A stretch of 64,000 nucleotides of DNA from Aphanothece sp. CMT-3BRIN-NPC111 (lineage in GTDB: Bacteria; Cyanobacteriota; Cyanobacteriia; Cyanobacteriales; JAHHGU01): NCBI GenBank assembly GCA_019359765.1, contig JAHHGU010000015.1:26914-90913 (forward strand), read 5' to 3'. The position numbers and the translations under genes were made by a program. This document shows positions 1 to 8,138 of the stretch, in pieces (the stretch's first letter is position 1; each line of letters begins with the position of its first letter). The notes below the pieces were generated by a model that saw nothing but the letters and a program-made list of their open reading frames with translations, made no database searches and was not told where the DNA came from.

Positions 1-218
1 TGCACTGGGGCAGCATTATCACCTATGGCCTGTCCGAGGTAGAAGTTAATTAGGGCGATCGCTACCAGCAGAGGGACGTACTGGATTTGTAAGGAAGCAT
101 AGAAGACGAGACTGACAATCAGAAGTATCCACAATCGCAAGGATGGCGATCGCGCTGACCAGTACATACCCACCACACTGAGCAGGAATAGTCCATAAAT
201 GAGCGAGATAAAGTTCAT
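1..218 (-). CDS. MBOAT-family membrane O-acyltransferase (AlgI/DltB-like). Only the N-terminal 72 codons are present; the gene runs off the left edge
   Basis: Not in the ORF track because it is truncated. Manual minus-strand translation from the ATG at 218-216 gives MNFISLIYGLFLLSVVGMYWSARSPSLRLWILLIVSLVFYASLQIQYVPLLVAIALINFYLGQAIGDNAAPV. It has hydrophobic helices and an FYA...Y..LL.....NFY.G pattern typical of MBOAT N-termini. It lies directly downstream of a DUF1574-type gene, the usual partner. Confidence 0.55.
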   Translation of the reverse strand, partial: MNFISLIYGLFLLSVVGMYWSARSPSLRLWILLIVSLVFYASLQIQYVPLLVAIALINFYLGQAIGDNAAPV

Positions 219-227
219 TTTTAAATA

Positions 228-380
228 GTTTTGAGTTTTGAGTTTTAAGTTTTGAGTTTTAAGTTTTGAATTAATTTTTAACTCATAACTATTTTTAGAA
301 AATTTTAAGTTTTAAACTTTGAGTTTTAAGTTATGAGCTTTGAATTAATCTTTAACTCAAAACTCAAAACTCATAACTCT
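228..380. repeat. Tandem heptamer repeat block (GAGTTTT/AAGTTTT and complement AAAACTC) arranged as two inverted-repeat hairpin units
   Basis: Read directly: gagttttgagttttaagttttgagttttaagttttgaattaa...ttaactcataact, then tttgagttttaagttatgagctttgaattaatctttaactcaaaactcaaaactcataactc. The right end overlaps the last codons and stop (371-373) of the upstream CDS. Confidence 0.9.
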
Positions 381-3300
381 TTATTCGGCCAGGGAATCAT
401 TTTGTCTTGACCCAAATATTTGGAAACTTCCTCGGCACCGTAGCGGTTGAGGTGGCTGGGGTCAGAAAAGCGATCGTATTTGGTAGGCCATAGCTGAGTT
501 AGGTCTTGGAAGATTAATTGCTTTTGGAGAGCTATCTGTTGCATATGCTGCTGAAATTTTGCCTCATGCTTTTTGCGAACCGGGTCTAAGTAGTTATTTG
601 TGAGGGGTACGTTGACAAACACGAGGGGAATTTTTTGAGCCTGAACAAATTGGAGAAGATTTTGTAGGGCCGTGTTTTGTTCACCGTCCAGCTGGAAGGA
701 TTCATAGTCACTGTCATAATCACCAGTAACTTTGGCATGCTGCTGGTAATAAGTGGAGGGCTGGAAGCGAATTGACAGGGGGAGAAAACCATCAACGTCA
801 ATGTCACCTTCATTGACTGGGGATTCTCCAACGAAGGAGGAATCTTTTGCCTGAGCAGCAATATCTGCCGTCGGGGCCATCTGGGCGTACTGCTGCTGCA
901 ACCGCGTCATCAGCTGTTCGCGCTGAGGATAAGTTGAGGAAATATTAGCCAATACCTGGTTTAGAGACTCATTAACATCTTCATAGCTGGCCGTCAAAGA
1001 TTGTTCAGTCTGGGATGCTGTCTTGCTTCCAGAGCGATTATCCCAGCTACCGTCGCTGAGTTGCTTGGCACCTGGTGATGTCGCGATCGCATTGTAGGTT
1101 TGATCCACTCGACCACTGTTAAACGCCCTTGCCCCGTCAGCCCAGATAATCAGTTTAGGCAGCTGGGAGGGCGTGAGAATGCGGCGAACGATCAAGTCTA
1201 CGACCTGAACCGTAGCGCCGTTGATGCCAAAGTTAAATACCTCGACCTTGGGGTAGCCTTGAGCCGCCAAGGCAGTTTGGAGCGCTTTGGGATCGATCCC
1301 CCGCATGGCACGGGAACTGCCAACTATGAGAATGTCAGCAGGGCCATTAATTGAGCAGGCGTGTTGGTAGAGAGCTAGCTTCTCATCTAACAGAGGGTTA
1401 TTGAAGGAGGGGTTAGACGATTTTGCTGCTGCTAAAATCGCTGCTGTTGGTGCCTCTGGGCGGGGTGAGGTGAAGCTATTAGCAGCAGGATGCTGATTAT
1501 TCGCAATCTTGCTATTGTCAGAAACGCTAGTAAATCCGGAAGCGTTGAAAACACTGTTTTTGTCTAGTCGGGATTTCTGCAAAGAAAGCTGAGGCAAAAG
1601 TTCAGAGCCGCTATCGGTGGCTGGACTGGGTGGGGGAACTGGTGCCACAGCGGCTGCCTCCGGTGAAGATCGCAACCAATAACCCATCAGCCAATCAGCC
1701 TGTACCGTTAGCAATAATCCCACTGCCCCCCAGATGCCGGGTGCGATACGTTGCTTTGCAACACGCTGCGCGATGGTCGTTCGCGCAGCGTCCCGTAGGG
1801 AAGACCCACCTTCGGCGATCGCCTCTTGGGAAGAAGAGTGAAATTCTGTATTAGCAGAACGAGCCGGCACCAATGTCAAGTCTTTTGTCTCTGTGGTAGG
1901 AATAAACAGCTGGGTGTAGCACAACAGGTGCTGGAGTTTCCTACCTACACCCTCAGCAGTTCGCTTTAGGGGGCCTTTAACGTCTTCTTTGGTGAAATCT
2001 TCACCCCCAACTAATTCACTGGCTGGAAGGAGGAGATTGTTCGCGTAAGCATAGGAGGTGGCAAACTCTGGAGTTGCTTCTGGCTGCCGACGCTTCGTGC
2101 GAGCGAAATCACTTCCGTAGCTCCATAAAGGTGAAGTTTGACCTGCAATACGCCCATAAACTCGGACGCCAGCAATTTCTGGAATAGCTAGCTGGCGAAT
2201 GAACTTGACAATAGAATCACCCACTTGACTTTGGGAGGGACAGGTGGGTGCCTCGCTCATGATATGTAACAAATCTTGTTGGCGGCGAATAGTAACGTGA
2301 ATGCCACCAGTAGCCAATCGCTGATCGAGGTCAGGATTAATTAATCGTTGTAACAAAAAGATTAGGGCTTCCTCATCTCCCTGCTGCGCCAAGGTTAAGG
2401 GGTTTGGAGCTAAAGCCGGATGGATTGAGGCTGGTAAATTGAGCCACTCAATCCAGACTGGTGACTCCTGGGATGCTTCCAGATGGCGGCTCACCTCAAC
2501 CCCATAGATAGTAACAGCCTGGATACCTTGCGGAGCTAAAGACTCCAACATCGGCGCGATCGCCTCTATTGCCGCTTGCTTATCGGGAGCTGCCCCTGCC
2601 ATGGCAACGTTGGGCAACCAACCACAGAACAAATGCAGCGTTATGCCCTTGAGCACCGCTCGCACTTCCATCTTCTGTTCTGCCAGAGCCTGATTTAGAA
2701 GTCGGGCGATCGCTTGCACATCCCCCCATCGCGCCCAATCAGACAGCATTTCTTCAGGAGGAGTCAAATCAATCCGCAAGACCCAATCCGGGTTAGCTTC
2801 ACCGCTAACTTGAGAGCGAATCACAGCATCGGAGAACCCCTCCAGGTTCAAATCCCGCAACCGCTGAGCCACCGGCTCAGCCAGCAATGACGCATCGGGG
2901 CTGTAATCAGAATTGCAGATCACCCAAAGACACCGTGCTTGGCAAGGATCAGCTATGTAGGATGAGGGAGCAATTAAATTCTCATCTTTTTCCTCATTCA
3001 TCCTCACTGCTTCCTTTGTGGGCAGCTTCTGGATGAATACATTAACGCCAACCCCAAGAGGACTAAGGGTTTCGCTCAGATAGCGGGCAATAGCTTCGGG
3101 CTGACCAGAGCGAGCCAGACTTTCGTTAGAAACGATCAGGCCTGAACTTGCTTTTTGGGACTCGGCAGAGCCACTATTGGGCGTATTTGAAGCACCAATA
3201 TTAGAACCACTGGGCTGATGCCAGCGCTCCAAATGCCGATCTAGCTGATGGACATCAATTGCCTCTACCCAGTCGGGGCGCTGGCGATTTAAAGTGCGAC

Positions 3301-3559
3301 CGTAGAGGATGACATGGTAGATGGGTTGCCCTAAGTCAATAGGTAAACCAGCTATCCCATTCGTGGCCTTGAGCGCCCTGAGGAACTTAGGCAGCACTTT
3401 GGCTGCTTCTGGGCACTGGGTGCTCTCACAGAGAATATGTAGGTTATTTCCCCGTAACCGAGTTCGCAGGCGCATCCTTTGGATTCCGATGGCTCGGTAA
3501 GCCCACTCGGCGAGGGAGGATGGATGGCCTTTCTGGGTTCGCTGATCGACATCCAACAT
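371..3559 (-). CDS. Large membrane-anchored protein with about four N-terminal repeated domains, one TM segment and a C-terminal DUF1574/SGNH-like (AlgJ/DltD-like) domain
   Basis: 1062-aa ORF. The repeated roughly 70-80 aa modules share L.LH(I/L).CE...P....(V/I).(I/V)YG.....P.W (around aa 27, 205, 297 and 420). The hydrophobic segment is IAPGIWGAVGLLLTVQADWLMGYWL. The C-terminal part, ILIVGSSRAMRGIDPKAL...FNFGINGATV...IIWADGARAFN, resembles DUF1574 proteins that pair with MBOAT. Confidence 0.6.
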   Translation of the reverse strand: MLDVDQRTQKGHPSSLAEWAYRAIGIQRMRLRTRLRGNNLHILCESTQCPEAAKVLPKFLRALKATNGIAGLPIDLGQPIYHVILYGRTLNRQRPDWVEAIDVHQLDRHLERWHQPSGSNIGASNTPNSGSAESQKASSGLIVSNESLARSGQPEAIARYLSETLSPLGVGVNVFIQKLPTKEAVRMNEEKDENLIAPSSYIADPCQARCLWVICNSDYSPDASLLAEPVAQRLRDLNLEGFSDAVIRSQVSGEANPDWVLRIDLTPPEEMLSDWARWGDVQAIARLLNQALAEQKMEVRAVLKGITLHLFCGWLPNVAMAGAAPDKQAAIEAIAPMLESLAPQGIQAVTIYGVEVSRHLEASQESPVWIEWLNLPASIHPALAPNPLTLAQQGDEEALIFLLQRLINPDLDQRLATGGIHVTIRRQQDLLHIMSEAPTCPSQSQVGDSIVKFIRQLAIPEIAGVRVYGRIAGQTSPLWSYGSDFARTKRRQPEATPEFATSYAYANNLLLPASELVGGEDFTKEDVKGPLKRTAEGVGRKLQHLLCYTQLFIPTTETKDLTLVPARSANTEFHSSSQEAIAEGGSSLRDAARTTIAQRVAKQRIAPGIWGAVGLLLTVQADWLMGYWLRSSPEAAAVAPVPPPSPATDSGSELLPQLSLQKSRLDKNSVFNASGFTSVSDNSKIANNQHPAANSFTSPRPEAPTAAILAAAKSSNPSFNNPLLDEKLALYQHACSINGPADILIVGSSRAMRGIDPKALQTALAAQGYPKVEVFNFGINGATVQVVDLIVRRILTPSQLPKLIIWADGARAFNSGRVDQTYNAIATSPGAKQLSDGSWDNRSGSKTASQTEQSLTASYEDVNESLNQVLANISSTYPQREQLMTRLQQQYAQMAPTADIAAQAKDSSFVGESPVNEGDIDVDGFLPLSIRFQPSTYYQQHAKVTGDYDSDYESFQLDGEQNTALQNLLQFVQAQKIPLVFVNVPLTNNYLDPVRKKHEAKFQQHMQQIALQKQLIFQDLTQLWPTKYDRFSDPSHLNRYGAEEVSKYLGQDKMIPWPNKEL

Positions 3560-3743
3560 TACAAACCTGTTACCTGGACTTGCAACAGAAGATTATCTTC
3601 CCTTTTGGTTAATACCTGCAATGACCCACAAAGCATAATGTACAATGGCGTCATTGCTATATACATCTCCATAGTCTGACACAAGCTGAGCGCTAGGCTA
3701 TTTACACCGCGATAGATAGAGTTCCAAAAGCCCTCAAATACAG

Positions 3744-3980
3744 ATGCAATCTTCTAACAAAAAGCTACCGCAAACAACAGAGTTTAACACTCAAGGCTTC
3801 AAAAATTCCGCAGAAATTTGCTTAAGCTTGGTCACGGGTCCCTTTCTCGTGGGTCTGGTGGGAGTTCAGATGCTGGCTGAATGCCTACATAATACAGGTA
3901 TTAGCAGTGAGGAAGTGTTCCGGGGCGATCGCTTGCCTACCTTGCACTTCCCTAAGTCTCAGCCATCTGATACGCCATAG
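3744..3980 (+). CDS. Hypothetical small protein (78 aa) with one hydrophobic segment
   Basis: ORF in an otherwise empty 670-nt spacer upstream of ppc. Contains GPFLVGLVGVQMLAECL. No recognisable family. Confidence 0.3.
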   Translation: MQSSNKKLPQTTEFNTQGFKNSAEICLSLVTGPFLVGLVGVQMLAECLHNTGISSEEVFRGDRLPTLHFPKSQPSDTP

Positions 3981-4231
3981 TACAGGCATAGCAGCAATAG
4001 ACCTTTAGTTATAGCTTCTTGGGTCTAGGCTTTTGGGATTTCGTTATTACCTTTAGGTTTTTTAAGCCTCTCGCCTATTAGCGAGTGAACACCCTCACTG
4101 TGAGATGAAACGCTCGTCAGCCTTTGGCGACCTTTGCACTTATTAAAAAAATAATTTGTGTAGGGTGAAACTACTCCTGGGGAAGATTCCCCCTAAAATG
4201 ATTTGATTATCTTTGCTTAGCGCGAGGTCCT

Positions 4232-7200
4232 ATGAGTTCGCTCCTCCACCCGTACGATCAGGACACGGTACTATCTCCCTCCAACCTGTTTCTGCGCCAT
4301 CGCCTGAAAGTTGTGGAGGACTTGTGGGAGTCTGTTTTGCTCAAGGAGTGCGGTCAGGAATTGGTCGATCTGCTCAAGCAATTGCGCTCGATGTGTTCGC
4401 CTGAGGGACAGGCAACTGAATTTCCTGAGTCCTCAGTCCAAAAGCTGATTGAACAGCTTGACCTCAACGCAGCCATCCGGGCGTCACGGGCTTTTGCTCT
4501 CTACTTCCAACTGATAAACATTGTTGAACAGCACTACGAACAGCGCGAACAAAAGCTCTCACTACGTACCATTCACCACTATGCGGCTGCGACTAAGCGT
4601 GCGAGCCATCAAGTTTTTGAGTTAGAAGAGGGTCATGCAGCGATTTCCTCTTCACACCCAGTGGAGCCACTAGGAACGCCCACAACAGGCGAACAAACGG
4701 GTGGCCCAGGAGCAGATATGCTGGAAAAGAGCTGGCATGAAACTAGTGTAGCGCGACGCGATCCTGGCACCTTCCACTGGCTGTTTCCCTACTTACGCTC
4801 TCTGAATGTGCCGCCGCAGCAAATTCAGCGGCTAATTAACAATCTGGACGTGCGCTTAGTTTTCACGGCTCACCCCACGGAAATTGTCCGCCACACGATC
4901 CGGGACAAACAGCGGCGGATTGCCCATATTTTGCAACAGCTAGACCAAGCAGAGGAAGAATTCACAAGTTTAGGTCTTACCTCCTCTTGGGAAGCAGAAG
5001 CTTTACAAGAAAAATTGACAGACGAGATTCGCCTCTGGTGGCGCACGGACGAGCTACATCAGTTTAAGCCAACGGTGCTAGATGAGGTAGATTACACGCT
5101 TCACTACTTCCAGGAAGTTTTGTTTGAAGCGATTCCTCAACTCAATCAACGCCTGAAGCGTGCTTTACAAGTATCTTTTCCCTGGTTGACTCCTCCCGAC
5201 AACAACTTCTGCCAGTTTGGTTCCTGGGTGGGTTCTGATCGGGATGGCAACCCATCAGTGACGCCGAAAGTGACTTGGCAAACAGCCTGCTACCAGCGCG
5301 ATATAGTGCTGAAAAAGTATATACAATCGGTGCGACAGCTAACAAATATGTTGAGTTTGTCATTGCACTGGAGCGATGTCTTGCCAGATCTGCTGGAATC
5401 TTTAGAGCAGGATCGCGGACAGATGCCAGAAGTATACGAGCGGCTGGCAATTCGCTATCGCCAAGAACCTTATCGGCTGAAGCTGGCTTATGTGCTTTCT
5501 CGGTTGGAAAATACGCGCGATCGCAACTCTCAACTCTCTGATGGGGAAAATCTGCAATGGCAAATTGACAAAAGCCATATCCCCAGCTTTTACTCTTCGG
5601 GAGCGGAATTTTTGACAGAGTTACGGTTGATTCAGCGCAACCTGAGCGAGACAGGTTTAAGTTGCCGGGATCTGGAGAATCTGATTTGTCAGGTGGAAAT
5701 CTATGGCTTTAACTTGGCACATCTGGATATCCGCCAGGAAAGCTCCCGCCACTCGGACGCACTCAACGAGGTTGCCCAATACCTGCAAATTCTACCCAAG
5801 CCTTATAACGAACTGTCGGAAGCAGAGCGATCGCTCTGGCTGGCAACAGAACTGCAAACAAGGCGTCCGTTAATCCCAGCTGAACTGCCGTTTTCTGAAA
5901 AGACTCGTGAGACAATAGAAACCTTCCGCATGCTGCGGCAGTTGCAGCAAGAGTTTGGCCCCCAAGTCTGCCAGACTTACGTGATCAGCATGAGCCATGA
6001 AGTCACCGACCTCCTAGAAGTGCTGCTGCTGGCGAAGGAAGCTGGTTTATATGACCCCGGTACTGGCATCAGTAGCATTAAGGTGGTGCCACTGTTTGAA
6101 ACTGTGGAAGACTTAAAGCGGGCGCCTGCGGTGATGCAATCTCTGTTTGAACTGCCCCTATATCGCGCCGCTCTTGCTGGAGGCTACGCAGCTTGGCAAA
6201 GTGATGAGTTAGAGGTAAATTCTTCCACTCAAAACTCTCTCCAAGAAGTGATGCTGGGCTACTCTGACAGCAATAAGGATTCTGGTTTCTTAAGCAGTAA
6301 CTGGGAAATCCACAAAGCTCAGAAAGCCTTGCAGAAAATAGCCGAGAAGTATGGGATTGCTTTACGTATATTTCACGGGCGTGGTGGCTCAGTAGGTCGC
6401 GGTGGCGGTCCTGCATATGAGGCGATCTTGGCTCAACCTGGTCAGAGCATTAACGGGCGCATTAAGATTACAGAACAGGGGGAAGTGCTGGCTTCAAAAT
6501 ACTCCTTGCCGGAGTTGGCTTTGTATAATTTGGAAACAGTTACAACGGCTGTGATTCAAGCTAGCTTGCTGGGTTCAGGCTTCGATGATATTCAGCCCTG
6601 GAACGAAATCATGGAAGAGCTAGCGACGCGATCGCGCTCTCACTATCGTGCCCTGATTTACGAGCAACCTGACTTAGTAGATTTCTTCCATCAGGTAACA
6701 CCCATTGAAGAAATTAGCCAGCTGCAAATCAGCTCTCGCCCAGCTCGTCGGGGGGGTAAAAAAGATTTAGCTAGTCTGCGTGCTATTCCCTGGGTATTTA
6801 GCTGGACTCAAAGCCGCTTTCTGCTGCCTTCATGGTACGGGGTTGGCACAGCCTTACAGGAGTTTTTGAACGAAGAGCCAGAGGAAAATCTCAAGCTACT
6901 ACGCTACTTTTATTTCAAATGGCCGTTCTTCAAGATGGCTATCTCTAAGGTAGAGATGACCCTGGCAAAGGTGGATCTCCAGATTGCCAACCACTATATG
7001 CGCGAATTATCAAAGCCACAAGATATAGAGCGCTTTGAAGCTTTGTTTGAGCAGATTGCCAAGGAATACCACCTCGTATGCGATTTAGTCCTCAGCATCA
7101 CCGGCCACAAGCGCCTCTTAGATGGAGATCCAGAATTGCAGCGCTCAGTGCAGTTACGCAATGGCAGCATTGTACCGCTGGGTTTCTTGCAGGTTTCTTT

Positions 7201-7336
7201 ACTGAAACGCTTGCGCGAACATGGCAGTATGACGGCTTCTGGTGTCATCCATTCTCGTTACAGTAAAGGTGAGTTGCTACGCGGGGCGCTGTTGACTATT
7301 AACGGTATTGCCGCAGGGATGAGGAATACTGGTTAA
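4232..7336 (+). CDS. ppc: Phosphoenolpyruvate carboxylase
   Basis: Contains the motifs [20 protein letters not shown] and [14 protein letters not shown], and the C-terminus ends [12 protein letters not shown]. The length of 1034 aa is typical for cyanobacterial PEPC. Confidence 0.97.
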   Translation: MSSLLHPYDQDTVLSPSNLFLRHRLKVVEDLWESVLLKECGQELVDLLKQLRSMCSPEGQATEFPESSVQKLIEQLDLNAAIRASRAFALYFQLINIVEQHYEQREQKLSLRTIHHYAAATKRASHQVFELEEGHAAISSSHPVEPLGTPTTGEQTGGPGADMLEKSWHETSVARRDPGTFHWLFPYLRSLNVPPQQIQRLINNLDVRLVFTAHPTEIVRHTIRDKQRRIAHILQQLDQAEEEFTSLGLTSSWEAEALQEKLTDEIRLWWRTDELHQFKPTVLDEVDYTLHYFQEVLFEAIPQLNQRLKRALQVSFPWLTPPDNNFCQFGSWVGSDRDGNPSVTPKVTWQTACYQRDIVLKKYIQSVRQLTNMLSLSLHWSDVLPDLLESLEQDRGQMPEVYERLAIRYRQEPYRLKLAYVLSRLENTRDRNSQLSDGENLQWQIDKSHIPSFYSSGAEFLTELRLIQRNLSETGLSCRDLENLICQVEIYGFNLAHLDIRQESSRHSDALNEVAQYLQILPKPYNELSEAERSLWLATELQTRRPLIPAELPFSEKTRETIETFRMLRQLQQEFGPQVCQTYVISMSHEVTDLLEVLLLAKEAGLYDPGTGISSIKVVPLFETVEDLKRAPAVMQSLFELPLYRAALAGGYAAWQSDELEVNSSTQNSLQEVMLGYSDSNKDSGFLSSNWEIHKAQKALQKIAEKYGIALRIFHGRGGSVGRGGGPAYEAILAQPGQSINGRIKITEQGEVLASKYSLPELALYNLETVTTAVIQASLLGSGFDDIQPWNEIMEELATRSRSHYRALIYEQPDLVDFFHQVTPIEEISQLQISSRPARRGGKKDLASLRAIPWVFSWTQSRFLLPSWYGVGTALQEFLNEEPEENLKLLRYFYFKWPFFKMAISKVEMTLAKVDLQIANHYMRELSKPQDIERFEALFEQIAKEYHLVCDLVLSITGHKRLLDGDPELQRSVQLRNGSIVPLGFLQVSLLKRLREHGSMTASGVIHSRYSKGELLRGALLTINGIAAGMRNTG

Positions 7337-7410
7337 AGTTTTGAGTTTTGAGTTTTGAGTTTTGAGTTATTAATTCAAAACTCAAAACTCAAATTTAAAA
7401 CTTAAAAGTT
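7337..7410. repeat. Heptamer (GAGTTTT)n / (AAAACTC)n inverted-repeat hairpin filling the whole ppc-to-next-gene spacer
   Basis: The sequence agttttgagttttgagttttgagttttgagttattaattcaaaactcaaaactcaaatttaaaacttaaaagtt starts immediately after the ppc stop (7334-7336) and ends at the next ATG (7411). Confidence 0.9.
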
Positions 7411-7983
7411 ATGAAGCTTTTTAAAAAACGAGTTTTCATTTGTACGTTTACGGCGCTGGTGTCGGGATTATTTGGTGCCTATGTAGGTGGGCAAATAAAT
7501 GCGATCGCCCACAACCACCAATGCGATGTGGGGACAAGGCAGGGCTTATCCATACCGGGATTGAACACCCTCTGTAAAGCCTGGAACACGCCCTTCGCTC
7601 TGTGGGAGGGTAGTACTACTGGCTTGTGGACAGGAACGATTCTGGGAGCCTTTATCGGTGGCTTGGCGACTCGCCAGACATCTGAGGCAACCGATGCTGA
7701 TGATGGCCCGTCTCTTTCTGTTCAAGATAGGGAGGTTCTGCGGCGTCTTTTGGTGCTTATGGTAGTCAAGTCGGCGGCTTCTGGCACAGAGGAATTTATC
7801 AGTCAAACTTCAGCAGCTGAGGCAGAAAAACTTGTTTTAGCTAAGTTAGCAGATCAACCAAAACTAACTATGCCTGAGGTGCGTCAGCTATTATTAGCAG
7901 CAGGTTTTTCAGCGCTAGATATTGATCGTGCTTGGCAAGAATTGAGGACTAGTGCGAAAGGCGATCGCACGCTCAGTCAGTGA
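7411..7983 (+). CDS. Hypothetical membrane protein (glycine-zipper-like TM segments with a soluble C-terminal half)
   Basis: 190-aa ORF. N-terminal hydrophobic segments are FICTFTALVSGLFGAYVGG and GLWTGTILGAFIGGLA. No recognised family. Confidence 0.5.
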   Translation: MKLFKKRVFICTFTALVSGLFGAYVGGQINAIAHNHQCDVGTRQGLSIPGLNTLCKAWNTPFALWEGSTTGLWTGTILGAFIGGLATRQTSEATDADDGPSLSVQDREVLRRLLVLMVVKSAASGTEEFISQTSAAEAEKLVLAKLADQPKLTMPEVRQLLLAAGFSALDIDRAWQELRTSAKGDRTLSQ

Positions 7984-8138
7984 ACTACCCGACGCTCATG
8001 CTTCTCACGGAGTGCGATACTTATACCTCCCCGAACCCCTCAAAAGTTAATCTCCAGCTTCTCTTGCATGCTGCCCATAGTTGGTTTGACGATCCCCATG
8101 GGCACAATAATAAAAAAAAGCTAAATTAACACTATGTT

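Noticed and set aside
228-380. Repeat blocks (also at 7337-7410, 12027-12068, 23052-23146, 32104-32164 and 62914-62948) considered as possible CRISPR arrays
   Set aside because: The period is 7 nt with no unique spacers, the units are degenerate and self-complementary, and no cas genes are present. These are STRR-like heptamer repeats.
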